From Macrostomum lignano (taxonomy: Eukaryota), in assembly GCA_002269645.1 (NCBI GenBank), contig NIVC01004012.1, forward strand, positions 739 through 64,738: 64,000 nt of DNA, written 5' to 3'. Each line of letters begins with the position of its first letter. Position 1 is the stretch's first letter. The notes under the pieces were generated by a model, which was given only the letters and a program-made list of their open reading frames with translations, ran no database searches and was not told where the DNA came from. The position numbers and the translations under genes are program-made. Of the stretch, positions 44,333-57,362 are shown piece by piece.

Positions 44333-47300
44333 TCAGCTGAACTGCATATCCCTTAACCGAATCTCCTCCTTAGCCGGATCAACCGAGTCAATAACGGCGA
44401 TAAACCTGGCGCCCAGGTGAAGCCGACTGCGCCCGGCCGGATCCCGAGGATACCTGCTGACGTGCAGCAGAGCTGAGCAGGCGCAGCCAATATCGCAGAA
44501 GGCGCCAAATTCAGCTACATTTTTTATTACACCGGCGACGGACTGGCCGGCCGACAACGAGGCAACGTCGGTGACGCCGTCTAAGAATAGCGGCGCGCCT
44601 GGCTGCCCAGCCTCCGCCGATGTCGGACCGGCACCGGCTAGCAGTTCCAGAAGGCGCCGGTCATCGTCTGAATAGTCGGCATTAGCTGCCGACTGCTCGA
44701 GGAACTGATGACAAACTGTCGACAAATTGGGCGCGTCGGAGCGCAAACCCAGCCGAGCTAGCAGGCGCTCAGCTGCCGCGTAGGACTCCGGATGGACGCA
44801 GGTGGCGTCCAGCGGATTGGGTCGGTAGCTGACCGCCGACCGCTTGACCCGCTTCCCGCCGGCCGTGTCCGGGCCGTCGTCGGTTGTCCGTTTTCGCTTG
44901 CCTCCCTTTGCAGCGGCTGGCGGAGGCGGCGCCGGCAGAGGCTGAGAACAGTCGTCAATGTCCATAGGTTCCTCCTGGTGCTGGTCGGGCACCTGCCGAA
45001 ATGAAAATTAGTCATGTTGTTAGGAGTTGCTTAGATGGTAGGGAGGAGAGTGGGAGACAGATTCACCTGGGTATGGTGGGAGAGTGGGAGGTAGATTCAC
45101 CTGGGTATGGTGGGGAGAGTGGGAGGTAGATTCACCTGGGTATGGTGGGGAGAGTGGGAGGTAGATTCACCTGGGTATGGTGGGGAGAGTGGGAGACAGA
45201 TTCACCTGGGTATGGTAGGGAGGAGGTTGGGAGACAGATTCACCTGGGTATGGTAGGGAGGACAGTGGGAGTAGATTCAGATTAACAAAAAAGTGAAGAT
45301 TTAGAGATGGTATCCCGACAACTCTGCTACAAGAGCAGGCCAACAGAGAGAGGACAGAGGCCCATTGCGCACCGAGTGATCCCCGCTGGCCGGTGCCGGC
45401 GGAAGGACGCGAACAAATCCGGCGCACTGGTCGAAGATTGCCGGCCCGATGCCGCGTACCTCGCGCAGCTGGTCGCGGCACACGAAGGCACCATTGGAGC
45501 GTCGCCAGGCTGCGATTCGAGTTGCTAGGCCGCGGTTGAGTCCGGCAACGTGGGCTAACAGGTGCTCGGGTGCGTAGTTAAGATCGACGCCGGCGAAACT
45601 GATCACCTCCTGTTGGACGGCGAGTGCCCGACGCTCCAGCGCCTTCTCGCTGATGTCGTGCTGGTACATACCGACGCCCAGATGGCGGGCGTCCAGCTTG
45701 GCCAGCTCAGCTAGGGGGTCCTGACCGGGAAACAGAAGCTTTTTATTAGAGACAAGAGGCAGGATTGTCACAAAGCCGGCGAGAGGCATTACTGCCCATT
45801 CCATAGACTCCTCTGAGCAGGCACACAAATCATGTACACTTCACTGTGCCTTAGGGGGAGGGGTTGGCTCTCAAGGGCGTTAATTGCACGAGCAGAGCCA
45901 AGCCGAGATTCCAATTAATGTGACTGCATTTGGAATCGAGCCTGGACCGCTGGCACATCAGAGCGCCGCGCCAGACCACTGGGCTAAGTTTTAATACTTA
46001 TTGTTAATCATCATATTCATGATCATATTCAGGTTCATGAGGCAATATCGGAGCGGACAGGCAAGGGACACTCAACGAGATAAGAGTGTTAAAGTGACAC
46101 ACCTGATACTACCCACAAAACTGATCCAAAACACCCCAGCTAACCCTAACTGAACCCTATACGAATTAGTCCGCCACGTGATTGAAACCAACCTGCAGTC
46201 GGCGAGCGATTGACACGGCACCCCGATGGGCGATGTCCACATTTGGTAGTTCTTTAACAGCCAGATCGGAGGCGCTGTACACCGAGGCGCCGTCCTCTGA
46301 TACCAGAGCGTAGCGAACTCCGCCAGGCAGACTGGGCAAGCAGGCGGAGACGAATTGCATAGACTCGCGCTTGCCCTGTGGTTAAGTGGGGTGTGCTTGA
46401 AATTGGGGCCTGCGGTTTGGTCTGAGTGGTCTGAGAGGTGTCTGAGGTTTGGGAAAAAGGACAGTGTCTGGGGTTTGGGGGACAAGGACAGTGTCTGTGG
46501 TTTGGGGGACAAGGACAGTGTCTGTGGTTTGGGGGACAGCGTCTGTGGTTTGGGGGACAAGGACAGTGTCTGGGGTTTGGGGGACAGCGTCTGTGGTTTG
46601 GGGGACAAGGACAGTGTCTGTGGTTTGGGGACAAGGACAGTGTCTGTGGTTTGGGGGACAAGGACAGTGTCTGGGGTTTGGGGGACAATGACAGTGCTGG
46701 TTTCTGTGGTTTGGGGGACAGCGTCTGTGGTCTGGAGGGATAATGTCTGTGGTTTGGGGGACAGCGTCTGTGGTCTGGAGGGATAGTGTTAATGTGGTTT
46801 GGGGGACAGCGTCTGTGGTTTGGGGGACCGTGTCTGGAGCTTGGGGTACAGTGTCTGTGGTCTGGAGGGATAGTGTCTGTGGTCTGAAGGGATAGTGTTT
46901 CTGTGGTCTGGAGGGATAATGTCTGTGGTTTGGGGGACAGTGTCTGTGGTTTGGGGGACAGCGTCTGTGGTTTGGGGGACACTGTGTTAGATTCTAGGGA
47001 CACCGTGCCTGAGGTTCGGGTTTAGGGGCGACTTTTTCAGCAATCAGGCTCACCTGTCCATCGCCGATAGCAATGTAGCGAAAGCCGCCGCTCCGCTTAT
47101 ACAGGCCGACCAGGGCTGCACAGGCGGCGGCTTGTCGCTGCTGGCCGCCGTTAATATGCAGCGTCTCTGTGGCAACTACGCCGCCAGAGGCGTCAATCAC
47201 GGCCAGCTTGCAGCCGTGCCTATAGCCAGGATCCCAGCCGGCTATCTGACAGCCGCGCACAGGCGACTGCAGCAGCAGATGGCGCAGATTGTCGGCGAAC

Positions 47301-49393
47301 ACGCGCAGCGCCTCCTCCTCGGCGAAGCGGGTCAGGGTGGCGCGCGCCTGCCGGGTCATGAACGGCAGCAGTAGCCGGTCGTAGCCGTCCTTGAAAGCGG
47401 AGCGGAGGAATTCGGCGACATTGTCGGGACGGTTGGCCGATAGGAATCTAAAAAAGGAGAAAAACAGTCCTTTAGATTACTTAGTCGGTAACTTGAAAGT
47501 AGCTAGCTAGCCTATTACCCATAGCTTGGAATACCTCAAATGAAAGGAAGGTTCTCCCAGTATGTTAGCTTGTTTCATGTTTTTATCTTTGTATATTTAA
47601 TGCATTTTGCTATCTAGAACCAGAGTATAACTTTAATAGCTTGAATAAAAAGATCTGAACTGAGCGATTCTCTATGAGCATTTGAAAGCTGCGACCAATA
47701 CCGTAATACCCAATGACTCAGTCTTGGGGCCTTAAGAATACCCAATGACTCCACAATCCTTAGCATCTGAGCAATACCCAATGACTCCACAACCCTTAGC
47801 ATCTGAGCAATACCCAATGACTCCACAACCCTTAGCATCTGAGCAATACCCAATGACTCCACAACCCTTAGCATCTGAGCAATACCCAATGACTCCACAA
47901 CCCTTAGCATCTGAGCAATACCCAATGACTCCACAACCCTTAGCATCTGAGCAATACCCAATGACTCCACAAGCCTTAGCATCTGAGCAATACCCAATGA
48001 CTCCACAACCCTTAGCATCTGAGCAATACCCAATGACTCCACAATCCTTAGCATCGGAGCAATACCCAATGACTCCACAAGCCTTAGCATCTGAGCAATA
48101 CCCAATGACTCCACAAGCCTTAGCATCTGAGCAATACCCGATGACCCCACCGCTAGCCTTAATTAACATCTTAGCAATACCCGATGAACCCTCCGCTAGC
48201 CTTAATTAACATCTGAGCAATACCCGATGACCCCGCCGCTAGCCTTAATTAACATCTTAGCAATACCCGATGAACCCTCCGCTAGCCTTAATTAACATCT
48301 GAGCAATACCCGATGACCCCGCCGCTAGCCTTAATTAACATCTTAGCAATACGAAATGGCTCAGGATATTTTCCCAAACCTATTCAAAGACCATTTAAGC
48401 TAGCTACAGGATCACACGACTGCATAAGCGGACGCACCTGCGATGCAGATGCAGACAGTAAAGCTTGTACACCTGCTCGGGAAACTCCAGTTTAACAGTT
48501 AACAATTTCTTAGCCTCAAATCGATTTATTTTCAGTATCTGATGAGCGCGCAGGTGTTTAACATTGCAACGAAACTGCTCGCCATATTGGCCAAGCTTTT
48601 GCGCGTCTCGAACTAAGCGAGCAGCATCTGGCGCCGACAGAGACTGTTGCTGCTGTTGCTTCTGCCGCGACTTGTCTCCAGTCAGCAGCTTGTTGGCTAA
48701 GCGGCTGCGCTGACTGCACAGAAACGGGGCGTACAAAGTGCACAGCCATTCCAGTTCCGCTAGCACTTCCGAGTCCTTAGCAACAGCATCCGCTACGATG
48801 TGGCGCATGCCAGCTAGACGCTGCTCATCAACTGAGCCTAGCGATGAACATTCGCCTCTGAGTAGGGCCAGCGCCGGCGCCTCCAGACCCTGTTGGCGAG
48901 CGCGCTGCGCCAGTGTGGCGCCGCCGCTATCAGCGGATTTCTTACTAATTAGCGGCTCGGAAGCGGCCAGGTAGGCCACCTGCTGAGGCCGGGTGCAGCT
49001 GCGCAGCGCTTGCAGCAGGCTGGGTGCCAAGCCGGCGCCACCACTGCCACCGCCGCTGCTCTGCACTTTTTCAATTTTTTTCACCGTCTTCTTAACCAGC
49101 TCTGTGACTTCCATTAGTTCTTCGTAGCGCTCCTTGACCTGGCGCAGGACTTCAGTTGGCGCGTCTCTGGTCTGATCGCGCCTATACCGGGCTATAAATG
49201 GCACAGTGGCGCCCTGGCTGAGCAGGCCGGCCAGATTGCGCGCCACTCGCGGCTCCAATCGGTAGCGCTGCTCTGCCGCCGATTCGCAATAGTACTCATC
49301 TTGGCTGAGCACCTCGGCGACTGTCCACGACACGGAGGCTGTGTTGCTGGGCACGGCCGCCGCTGCCGTAGTGACTGCAGACTTTGATGCCAT
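44333..49393 (-). CDS. SRBD1: S1 RNA-binding domain protein 1 (Tex-like), about 846 aa
   Basis: Exons 48438-49393, 47054-47447, 46193-46375, 45373-45720 and 44333-44992, with consistent phases. Motifs [69 protein letters not shown] and a C-terminal S1 domain. Confidence 0.93.
45055..45275. repeat. 34-35 bp minisatellite (about 6 copies) in SRBD1 intron 4
   Basis: Unit agattcacctgggtatggtggggagagtgggaggt. Confidence 0.93.
45740..45990 (-). mobile_element. Second tRNA-headed SINE-like element in SRBD1 intron 3; core shared with 4630-4685
   Basis: A box TAGCCCAGTGG (45976-45986) and B-box-like GGCTCGATTCC (45932-45942). About 55 bp (tgtacact..tgtgcctt.ggggg..ttgg..ctcaaggg.gttaattgcacga) recurs at about 4630-4685; A-rich 3' end. 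Confidence 0.65.
46445..46985. repeat. 21/27-bp minisatellite in SRBD1 intron 2
   Basis: Units cagtgtctgtggtttgggggacaagga and cagcgtctgtggtttggggga. Confidence 0.93.
47715..48350. repeat. Compound minisatellite in SRBD1 intron 1: a 36-bp unit changing into an about 44-bp unit
   Basis: caatacccaatgactccacaacccttagcatctgag repeated about 11 times, then aatacccgatgaccc..ccgctagccttaattaacatct repeated about 5 times. Confidence 0.93.
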
Positions 49394-50415
49394 GCATTAT
49401 GTTATGTTTGCTGATTATTCATCTTAAAATCTTTTAAAACTTGCCAAAAATTTGGACTTGCTCCATGAGCCAGCTACTTGTTAAAGTCCAGAGTGAGTGA
49501 GAATACCACTCGATGCCCTTAGTGTAGCAAGGCCTCTATACTAAACCATGACCAAACTTACCTAATTAAGCCACATATTAAACTAAAGGTTAAGAATTTA
49601 TTGAGATTTTACTTACTACTTGGATGTGTTATTTCCCTAAAAGATTTTTACTTAGACAGACAGTTGCGAAAGAACTAATGAAAATCTGCCATTATGAAAT
49701 ATCGGCCTTCAAATTATTTCCTTCAATGCATCGTATTATTACCGAAGTAGTTGGTTCGCTGCCACTCAAAACCAAAGGCGACAGTCGATTGATTCACAGT
49801 CATTCATGAACACGGATAGAGGGGACATGACTTGCGAGCGACTGTAGGCTAATTTTTCACGAGAGCCCAAAATTGATGGGACTGCCCAAGGATGCGAACC
49901 CGGGTTCTTAGCCGGGTCTGTACGCTAATGGCCCACCTGTGCAATAACAACTTATTTACAAAATGTTTTTACTGTCGATAAAACGCTTAAAGCAGTCTGA
50001 TAATATAGAAAATAATTCTAAGAAAAAACGCTTAAATACTTGAAACAGAACTTAAAGAGCAAAATATATAAATCAACTACTTTGTATTTTGTAAGCACAA
50101 GAGAAGTAAAAAATGATGTAGCACCAAACAACCATCAACCCATAGGAACTGCAGTAATATAGGAAGGAACACAGTATTCAGTGCAATGAATCTTGTGATA
50201 TTAAGATTCTATGGAGTCTTAGAGATGAGATAAGAGAGCCTCACATCAATGATTTTTGCGGGATCACACGTGAGCTTGGGCAGGCGAAAGATTTCATTTA
50301 TAAAGGAACTAACAAGATAAAATAATAGATATTATATATAATTAACTAGAAATGCGCACTCGCAATTAATGTTGTGAAAAAGTCGAGCATTTACTTTTAT
50401 TTTCCAGTAGTTTGT

Positions 50416-50725
50416 CTGCGCGGTGTCGCTTAAAATTATTCTGTCAGCTAAAATTTTCTTTCCTTCCTCGGGTTTTTTTGCCTCACGACCATGCGTATGG
50501 GGTTCAGAGTTAAGAGAGGTCCAATCTAGCTCAGCCAATGAGAGAGCAGTAAGGAGAAAGGTCAGTCTGGGGAGGGGGGCAGGCCCAATCTAGCTCAGCC
50601 AATGAGAGAGCAGTAAGGAGAAAGGTCAGTCTGGGGAGGGGGGCAGGCCCAATCTAGCTCAGCCAATGAGAGAGCAGTAAGGAGAAAGGTCAGTCAGACC
50701 ACAAGCGGGCAAGATTTATCAGCGT
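50416..50725. repeat. Dispersed repeat with an internal tandem triplication of an about 63-bp CCAAT-containing unit
   Basis: ccaatctagctcagccaatgagagagcagtaaggagaaaggtcagtc occurs three times at 50521-50695; homologous to 28460-28700. Confidence 0.85.
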
Positions 50726-51891
50726 GGCCGCGCATTTTCTTTCTGAATAAATTTAAATAAAACACTGGATTGCAGTTTTTAAGTTCTGCAATCTTCAGGC
50801 TTATATTAATTTCTTTTGAAATATTATCGAGTCTGAGGCAGTCTGGAGTCAGTAAAGCTGGGTGAAGATGCTAATATAATGGATCTGCTTGTAGAAAGCC
50901 AGAAGCAATTGTTGCAGCTTCAAAAGCTTGTAAAAAATTGTAAAATTTTTTAAAAGTTTTTTAGTGTTACAATTCTAAAGACAAAAGCGCTAGTGTTGTC
51001 ACTGAAAAAGTATATAAGTGCATTTTTTGCGAGTGACATCTCTAGTTATTCTAGCTAGTACGAGTACGAGCTATCTGTGGATAAAAATAAAAAGGCGGCC
51101 AACAAAAGAAAGTAAAGCAGTTATAGGACCGGGAAAGTAAACAGCAATTCAAACAGATACTCCTACACTGGTAAATATCAACGAAGAAAAATTCGTTCCT
51201 AACAGTTAAACTAATAGATCAAATGCAGCGACAGCAATTTGATAATGCCTGTGCTAATATTTCTAAGACAGTTTTGCAGACAACAATGTCTCATTGTGCT
51301 AAGGATCAAGAGAAGGCCGACTTGGTGCCACGTATTCTGAAATGGGTCAATGTTATTTTACTGTTTAATAAAGGCTCACTGTTTCCTACTTTAGAGACCC
51401 GGTGAGAGCGGTACCTAGCCCAAGAAGCGTCTCAGAATCACGATTGCATCGCCCCAGAGTCGTTGCAGGTAACACAGGTGAAATAAGAAAGGACTCTAGA
51501 CGACTCTAAAACGACAATATGTCCCGCTAAAAGTCGCCAAAAAGTCGTCAAAGAGACAATTTGAGGCGTTTTATTGTCTGCGACTCTGAAACGACTCTGG
51601 GACCGTAAAGTCGGATCTGCGTCACTTTATGGGTTAGAATCGCATTTATAACAAATCTATAAGTCTATTTGGGTTAGTAGAAAGTTAAGAGCTAACTCGA
51701 CTCTTGGACGACTTATTTGCGACTTCTCTACGATTCTACAACTCACGTGATGCGCTCGTGACTCAAAAGTCGCCTCTCCATCGCATTACAATCATCGAGT
51801 TGTTTAAAATCATTAAGCCACCCTGAGTCGCAGGAGTTGTTTGCAACGACTATTTAGCGATTCTTTTCAGGGTAACGTTTCTAACGGGAGA

Positions 51892-53810
51892 TGCCCGCCG
51901 GGCTGAATTTAGCCGTCTTTTATCCGATGCGTTGTCCGGAGTTTAATCCGGCAGGAATAGCAAATTTACATGCAAAAAAACGGACGAAAACCGGACGAAA
52001 AGTTTACAAAACGGATGAAAGTGTTGAAAATATGACGTTTATCCGGTTTGGTATCCGGCTGTGTGTCCGGTTATTGCCCGATAAGTAATCCGGAGGAAGC
52101 CGGATGGGAGAGCGGAGCCAATTCCGGATGAAAACCGGATGAAATGTATGGATGTTACAGCCGGATAAGAAACCGGAGCCATTTCCGGATCAAATGTATG
52201 GATACCTGTATACTGTCGTCGGATAATAATGGACATTCTAGATGCTTATTACTCAGCCTTAATTTGTGCTCTTTACAGCGGCTTCCAAAGGTTTGGCACA
52301 AAAATTGCACTATGTGGCGGCTATTATAGCTACGGCTCCTGCTCCTATCTATAGCTGCTGCTCCTGCTATGATTCTGCTCGTATCTGTATGAACAAGCGA
52401 GGAGCTCTAGAGAAGCTTACTAGTAGAAAGCTTTCGGCAGGGGCGCGTCCAGAGGTTTCAGGATGGGGGGGCCGATCAGGAGAGGGGAGAGAAGAGAGAG
52501 GAAGGATGAAAGAAGAGAGAAGAGATGAGATAGGAGAGATGAAAGAGGGGAAAGGAGAGATGAGAGAGCAGAGACAAGAAATGTGACAGTAGAGCTAGAA
52601 CAGAGGAGAGAGGAGAGGGAAGAGAAATATGTGAGAGCAGACATGAGAGACAGTGGGAGACAAGTGGAGTGGATGGGAGGAGAAAGGAGAAAAAAGGGGG
52701 GAGAATCGAGAGGACAAGAAGAGAGGGAAGGGAGAGAAGAGGGAGGAGAGGAAAGAGAAGAATGGAGAAGGGAGAGAGTAGAAAGAAGAGGAGATGGGAG
52801 AGCAGGAGAGGTGAGAGATGAGAGGGAGGAGAGAGTAGAGACGAAAGAGAAGAGGTGAGGGAAGATGGACGAGAGAAGAGGGGAGATATAAGCGAAAATA
52901 ATTCCGGGGATCAGAATTCCACATGTTCAAAATCCGCGGGTTTCAACAGCTAAGGTAAAAAAACTGAAAGTGGGGGGCCAATGGGGGGCCCATGGCTTTA
53001 CAGGGGGGGCCTGGGCCCCCTAGCCCCCCCCCCCCTTGGACGGGCCACTGGCTTTCGGTAATTAAAACAGAGGATTATAAAGGCTTTAATCAAAACAGTA
53101 AGGCGATCTATATAACTTTTATCCCAACACATACATGGGCGAATGCCGCTGAAAAAAATTGTAGGGCCAGCGCCAGTTTAATTAGATGCAAATATTTCCA
53201 ACGGGTATTGTAAACAGTACAATAAATAGACATGGCATGATCAATAAAATTTCCTGTCAACATTGATGCCCGGTGGCATCTGGTTAATAGATTCGGGTAC
53301 AGAAGTAAACAACGGGCACATGTCCAATCGGCAGTCTTTTCCGTGGTATTTGAGCCGCAGTCCGCGTTTTGCTTCTCCCGGTCCATTTTTGAGCCTTGTG
53401 CGCTGAAAATTGACATTGACTTCAAGTGAACTCCCTCATCCGGATTTTGTCCGTTTCACTATCCGGAAGTTTATCACTGTAAGCCGGATTCACAGCCGGA
53501 TAAAAAACCGGAACAACTCCGGGTAGAAAGTTATGATTCATCCGACTTTCATCCGCTTCTTATTCCGGTTGGCAGTCCGGTTTTCATCCGCTGATCGACC
53601 GGAGCAGGAATCGGACACAATCCGGATAAAATGTGATCAATAAAAACACTTTAATCCGGTTTTGCTCCGGAGTTTCCTCCGTTTGTTAGTCCGGTAAGAA
53701 CTGCCGGATCAAAACCGGATAAAAATTCATTTTCGTCCGGAAAAGTCTAAAATTACGGATTAAACCGGATGAAGGCCGGGTAAATACCGGGTACCGACAG
53801 CCAGGCGGGT
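51892..53810. mobile_element. Putative MITE/DNA transposon with CCGGAT/ATCCGG-rich subterminal arrays
   Basis: Inverted ends cccgccgggctg (51894) and cagccaggcggg (53798-53809); dense (a/t)ccgga(t/a) motifs at 51920-52200 and 53430-53790. Confidence 0.6.
52438..53050. mobile_element. hAT-like MITE with 8-bp TSD and a GA-rich core, nested in the preceding element
   Basis: Ends CAGGGGCGCGTCCAG and reverse-complement CAGTGGCCCGTCCAA; perfect direct repeat GCTTTCGG at 52430-52437 and 53051-53058. Confidence 0.85.
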
Positions 53811-54035
53811 GTATCTCATTCTTTAATTCAGATGACTGACTAGGAATATTATAAGTCCTCTTAGGTCATGGCTGTTTTACCAGGCATCTCTACCTCTACT
53901 TTAAATGCCCATTCTGCCTCTCCGGTGTCGAGAATGCGGAGAATTTCATCGGTGAACGCCCCGCCTTTACTCAGAACAGGCTCACCTACCTCGGCCCAAA
54001 CCTCGGCTCAAAAACTCAAAGTGGGCGCGAGCATG

Positions 54036-57000
54036 CTATAAGATGAAGCTTAATTCACTCTTAACCCAGGTTCCATCAAGAGAGACTTTTAACAGTTTAA
54101 ACTCACCCTCTTCCTTGTATTTGTTATCGGAAGCATGTAGATCTTTGAAGGAATCAACTACGCCAATGATAAAATAATGAGTCTTGTCCTGACGCACCAT
54201 GTCTTTGCAGGATTGCACGTCTAAATAGTCTTTTAAAGCGTCTGTTGTTCTAATGTAGTCTTGGATGCTGGAAACTAGGCTAGGACCGACACCAATCATA
54301 CTGCAATAGTGCAGCGGCATCAGCTGGGCCAACGCGTTGGACAAGGCGCAGAGTAGCTGGAGGGATTTTGGAAATATAGTGCATCAATTACTTGTCAGAT
54401 ACGAGCGTAGGAATGCCGAGCCACCCATCTTAATCGTGAACCCTTTATAATTATTTGATCAGTTACTGTAAGTAGCAAAATATGAGTTTTTAGCGCAATT
54501 TAGCATTCGCAGCAAATATTTTCAATTTTTTTACCTTAAAAAAGCACCTGTCCCGGCAGTCGCGATTGAGTAGAGTCAGACCGATATCGGGTCTGTGCAG
54601 TCTCTCCATGGCGATGCACTCGCGTATGAGACAGTTAATTGCATTGATAAGATGCAGCAGAGCTGGTTCCGGTCTGGTGTCAGGCCGGAGCTCAAGGCTC
54701 AAGACCAGTTCAGCAATACGGCAGGGATCTGCGAATTGCACATTTATGACACTGAATGTTGAATGGGCTACTGATGTGGCACTGAATGTGTGTCACTGAT
54801 ATGGCACTGAATGTGTCACTGATATGGAACTGAATGTGTCACTGATATGGAACTAAATGTGTCACTGATGTGGGACGGAATGTGCTATTAATTTTGCTAT
54901 TTTTATGGTACTGAATCGAAGATGACATTGACATGGCACTGAATGTGTAATTATATACGTACCTGTATGACATTGAGCGGGTACTGAATACTAATACAAG
55001 AACGAAAAACGAAATTTCGAAAGTCGCTTATTTAAAATACTGTAATAAAAAAGACTCACCATTGTGCTCAGCCAAAGTGACGTAGCCGTCCTGTCTGGAG
55101 TGCACAAGCGTGAGTATCTTCACGTACAGGGTGACAGTGGGCAAGTAGCGCGATCGTACAAGCCACTGACGCACTTCCGGATCCAGGCCGGTGCAGAAAA
55201 ACTCAACTAATTGGTGACGCCGGTTTTCAGGCAGGCGCAGCAGTAGATAATGCAACACCTGCAGGCAGCAGTGCAGAGCTTCCGCATCGCAGTCAGTCAC
55301 ATGGTCGCCTGGAAGCAGGCGGACCAATTCGAATACATCGGCCACTAAAGCGGTCTCTCGTCGGCCAACATTGCGCAACAGGCCGAGCGCCGCTTCGTCA
55401 GACAGCTGGCAGAGCCGCCACAGCTGGCGCAGGGCGTCCAGTCCCAGCTGAGCCAGCTGCACTGGCGTCGGTATCGATCGTCGTGTAGGCGACGCGTCGG
55501 CCGAGGAGAAACCGCCGCCATCGACGGAACTGAAAGAATCGTCGGCTGAGCCGGCAGCGTCGAGCGACAAGGCCAGCTGCCTGGCGCACACGCCGGGGCT
55601 GGAGCCGCGCAGCCGCAGCGCCATCAGGTAGCCGGAGAGGCGGCTGCGAATCGGCGCCAAAAGTCGCTCAGCTTCGGCAGGTCCGCAATTGGAGCTGGTC
55701 GAACTGTCCGACACCAGCGTCGGATCCAGCTCTCGCGTAGTCAGCCTAGCTAAGCAGTCTAGAGCGTCGGTAACTTCGCTGCGAGCATTCGGCGACCAAG
55801 CCGCGGCCGGCATGTCGTCCAGTATGTCGCCTGGCAGCAGGCGCTGATGCTGGAACTGCTGCGGCCGAGTCAGACAGCGAATAGCTCTGTCCGCGGTGGA
55901 GCACTGGACCAGCAGGCCCGGGTACAGAGCCAGTAGCTCGGCGCGACGCTTATGCCAGCCGGCCGACTCGGGCTGCTGGGAAACCGCTGGCCAAGTGTCC
56001 GAATCGTCCGATTCACCCGGCGTAGCCGACATTGAAGCGGCGACGTCCTCGTTCTCATCAAATTCCATGTCCTCAGTTGTGACCGAAGCGGTTGGGGAAC
56101 CCGCTGGTATGGAATGGGGCGGCGGAGGCGGCGGCTGCTGCTGCTGTTGCTGTTGCGGTCGCAGAGGAGTGTGCGGCGAGCGCATACTCAAGGGCACAGG
56201 GCCGGATACAGGGCTGCGGCTGCAGAAGCTGGCCATGCTAGGGAATTGCTGCTGCTGGAACTGTGGCTGAAAAAACTGCGTGGCCGGTATTACATCACGA
56301 TTTGTTAGCTGGGAAAACTGAGTTTGCTGCTGCTGCTGCTGCTGCTCTTCCCTCTTGCGCAGTCGAATACTAAGAGATTGATTCTCAGATTGCAGCGATT
56401 CAATCTCTTTAGCGCTGAAAGTTCGTTCTGTCTCCAATTTTCTAACGTCTAATTCGGCTTTCTGCCTGGCAGCCCGCTCGTTGGCCAGGGTCTGCTTTAA
56501 CGCCTCAACGGATTCGTTCAAAGCCACGTACTGGCCCTGTACAGTGTGCAGGCGATCGCGCAATTCTGCGACAGCATCGGGCCCGGAAGGTTTTCGCATA
56601 GTGCTAGCCGAAACAGCAGCAGCGGCGGCAGCAGAGCCGCCGGCGGAATACCTGACCGTGGATCCGGACTGCGAAGGTGCGACTGCTGTCGCCGCGTGCG
56701 CCTGCGGCGGCGGATGCCTACGCGTCTGAAAATTATAGTACTGCGACGATGAGGTTGACGAACTCGGCCGAGGACAGGCGGGAGCAGCAGCGGATGCACC
56801 GGCGGCGCCTGAGGCGTATCTGATGCCGGAGGCTGCCTGGTTGGATACGGAGCGGCGAATTGTCGGACTAGAGGCCACGGTTGGTCTCGGCTGCTGCGGT
56901 TGCTGATGAGGCTGCTGGGCGGGTAGCTGGAGCTGCTGCTGATGCTGCTGCGGCTGACTAGGATGCGAGCTTCTCCGATTAAATTTATAATCGACAACGG

Positions 57001-57244
57001 AGATATTTTGCGAGCAGATCTGATCGAATTCTCGAACAAAATCGTCATCATCAAAGATGTTATCGTCGCCCCAAGGATCCTCCTCGTTGCCAATCTTATT
57101 AGCATTACTAATAATTGCATTATTATTGTTATTGCCGTGGCCGCCGCCGCTGCTACTAGAAGCTGCGCCGCCAGTGGTCGGAGGTCCCGCGGTCGATGCC
57201 GCGCGGGCATCGAATCGAAACCGCTTTGGCGGCGGCTCGGCCAT
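54036..57244 (-). CDS. ATRIP: ATR-interacting protein-like; 3' end uncertain
   Basis: Exons 55060-57244, 54535-54728 and 54036(?)-54356. N-terminal PPPKRFR, an acidic DPWGDD..DDDFVREFDQICSQ motif like the ATRIP RPA-binding region, a coiled coil with LETERTFSAKEIESL, and a helical C-terminus. Exon 3 may end earlier at a donor at 54198. Confidence 0.65.
54760..54960. repeat. About 23-bp degenerate minisatellite in ATRIP-like intron 1
   Basis: Unit actgaatgtgtcactgatatgg(c/a). Confidence 0.8.
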
Positions 57245-57324
57245 GTTTTTAGCGCGCTGCGAGCTGTCTATGGCAATTCCTGAATAGTGGGGGGGGGGTA
57301 AAGTTAGCAATTAATGGACTAATC

Positions 57325-57362
57325 CAAGGAATTCTAAATCCTACTAAATTTAGAATTCCTTG
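57325..57362. mobile_element. 38-bp palindromic micro-MITE of the same family, with 7-bp TSD ACTAATC
   Basis: caaggaattctaaat-cctactaa-atttagaattccttg, flanked by actaatc at 57318-57324 and 57363-57369. Confidence 0.8.

Noticed and set aside
53840-54030. Coding-like minus-strand stretch (FTDEILRILDTGEAEW..) after ATRIP-like exon 3
   Set aside because: I could not join it in frame via any acceptor without hitting a stop; left unannotated.
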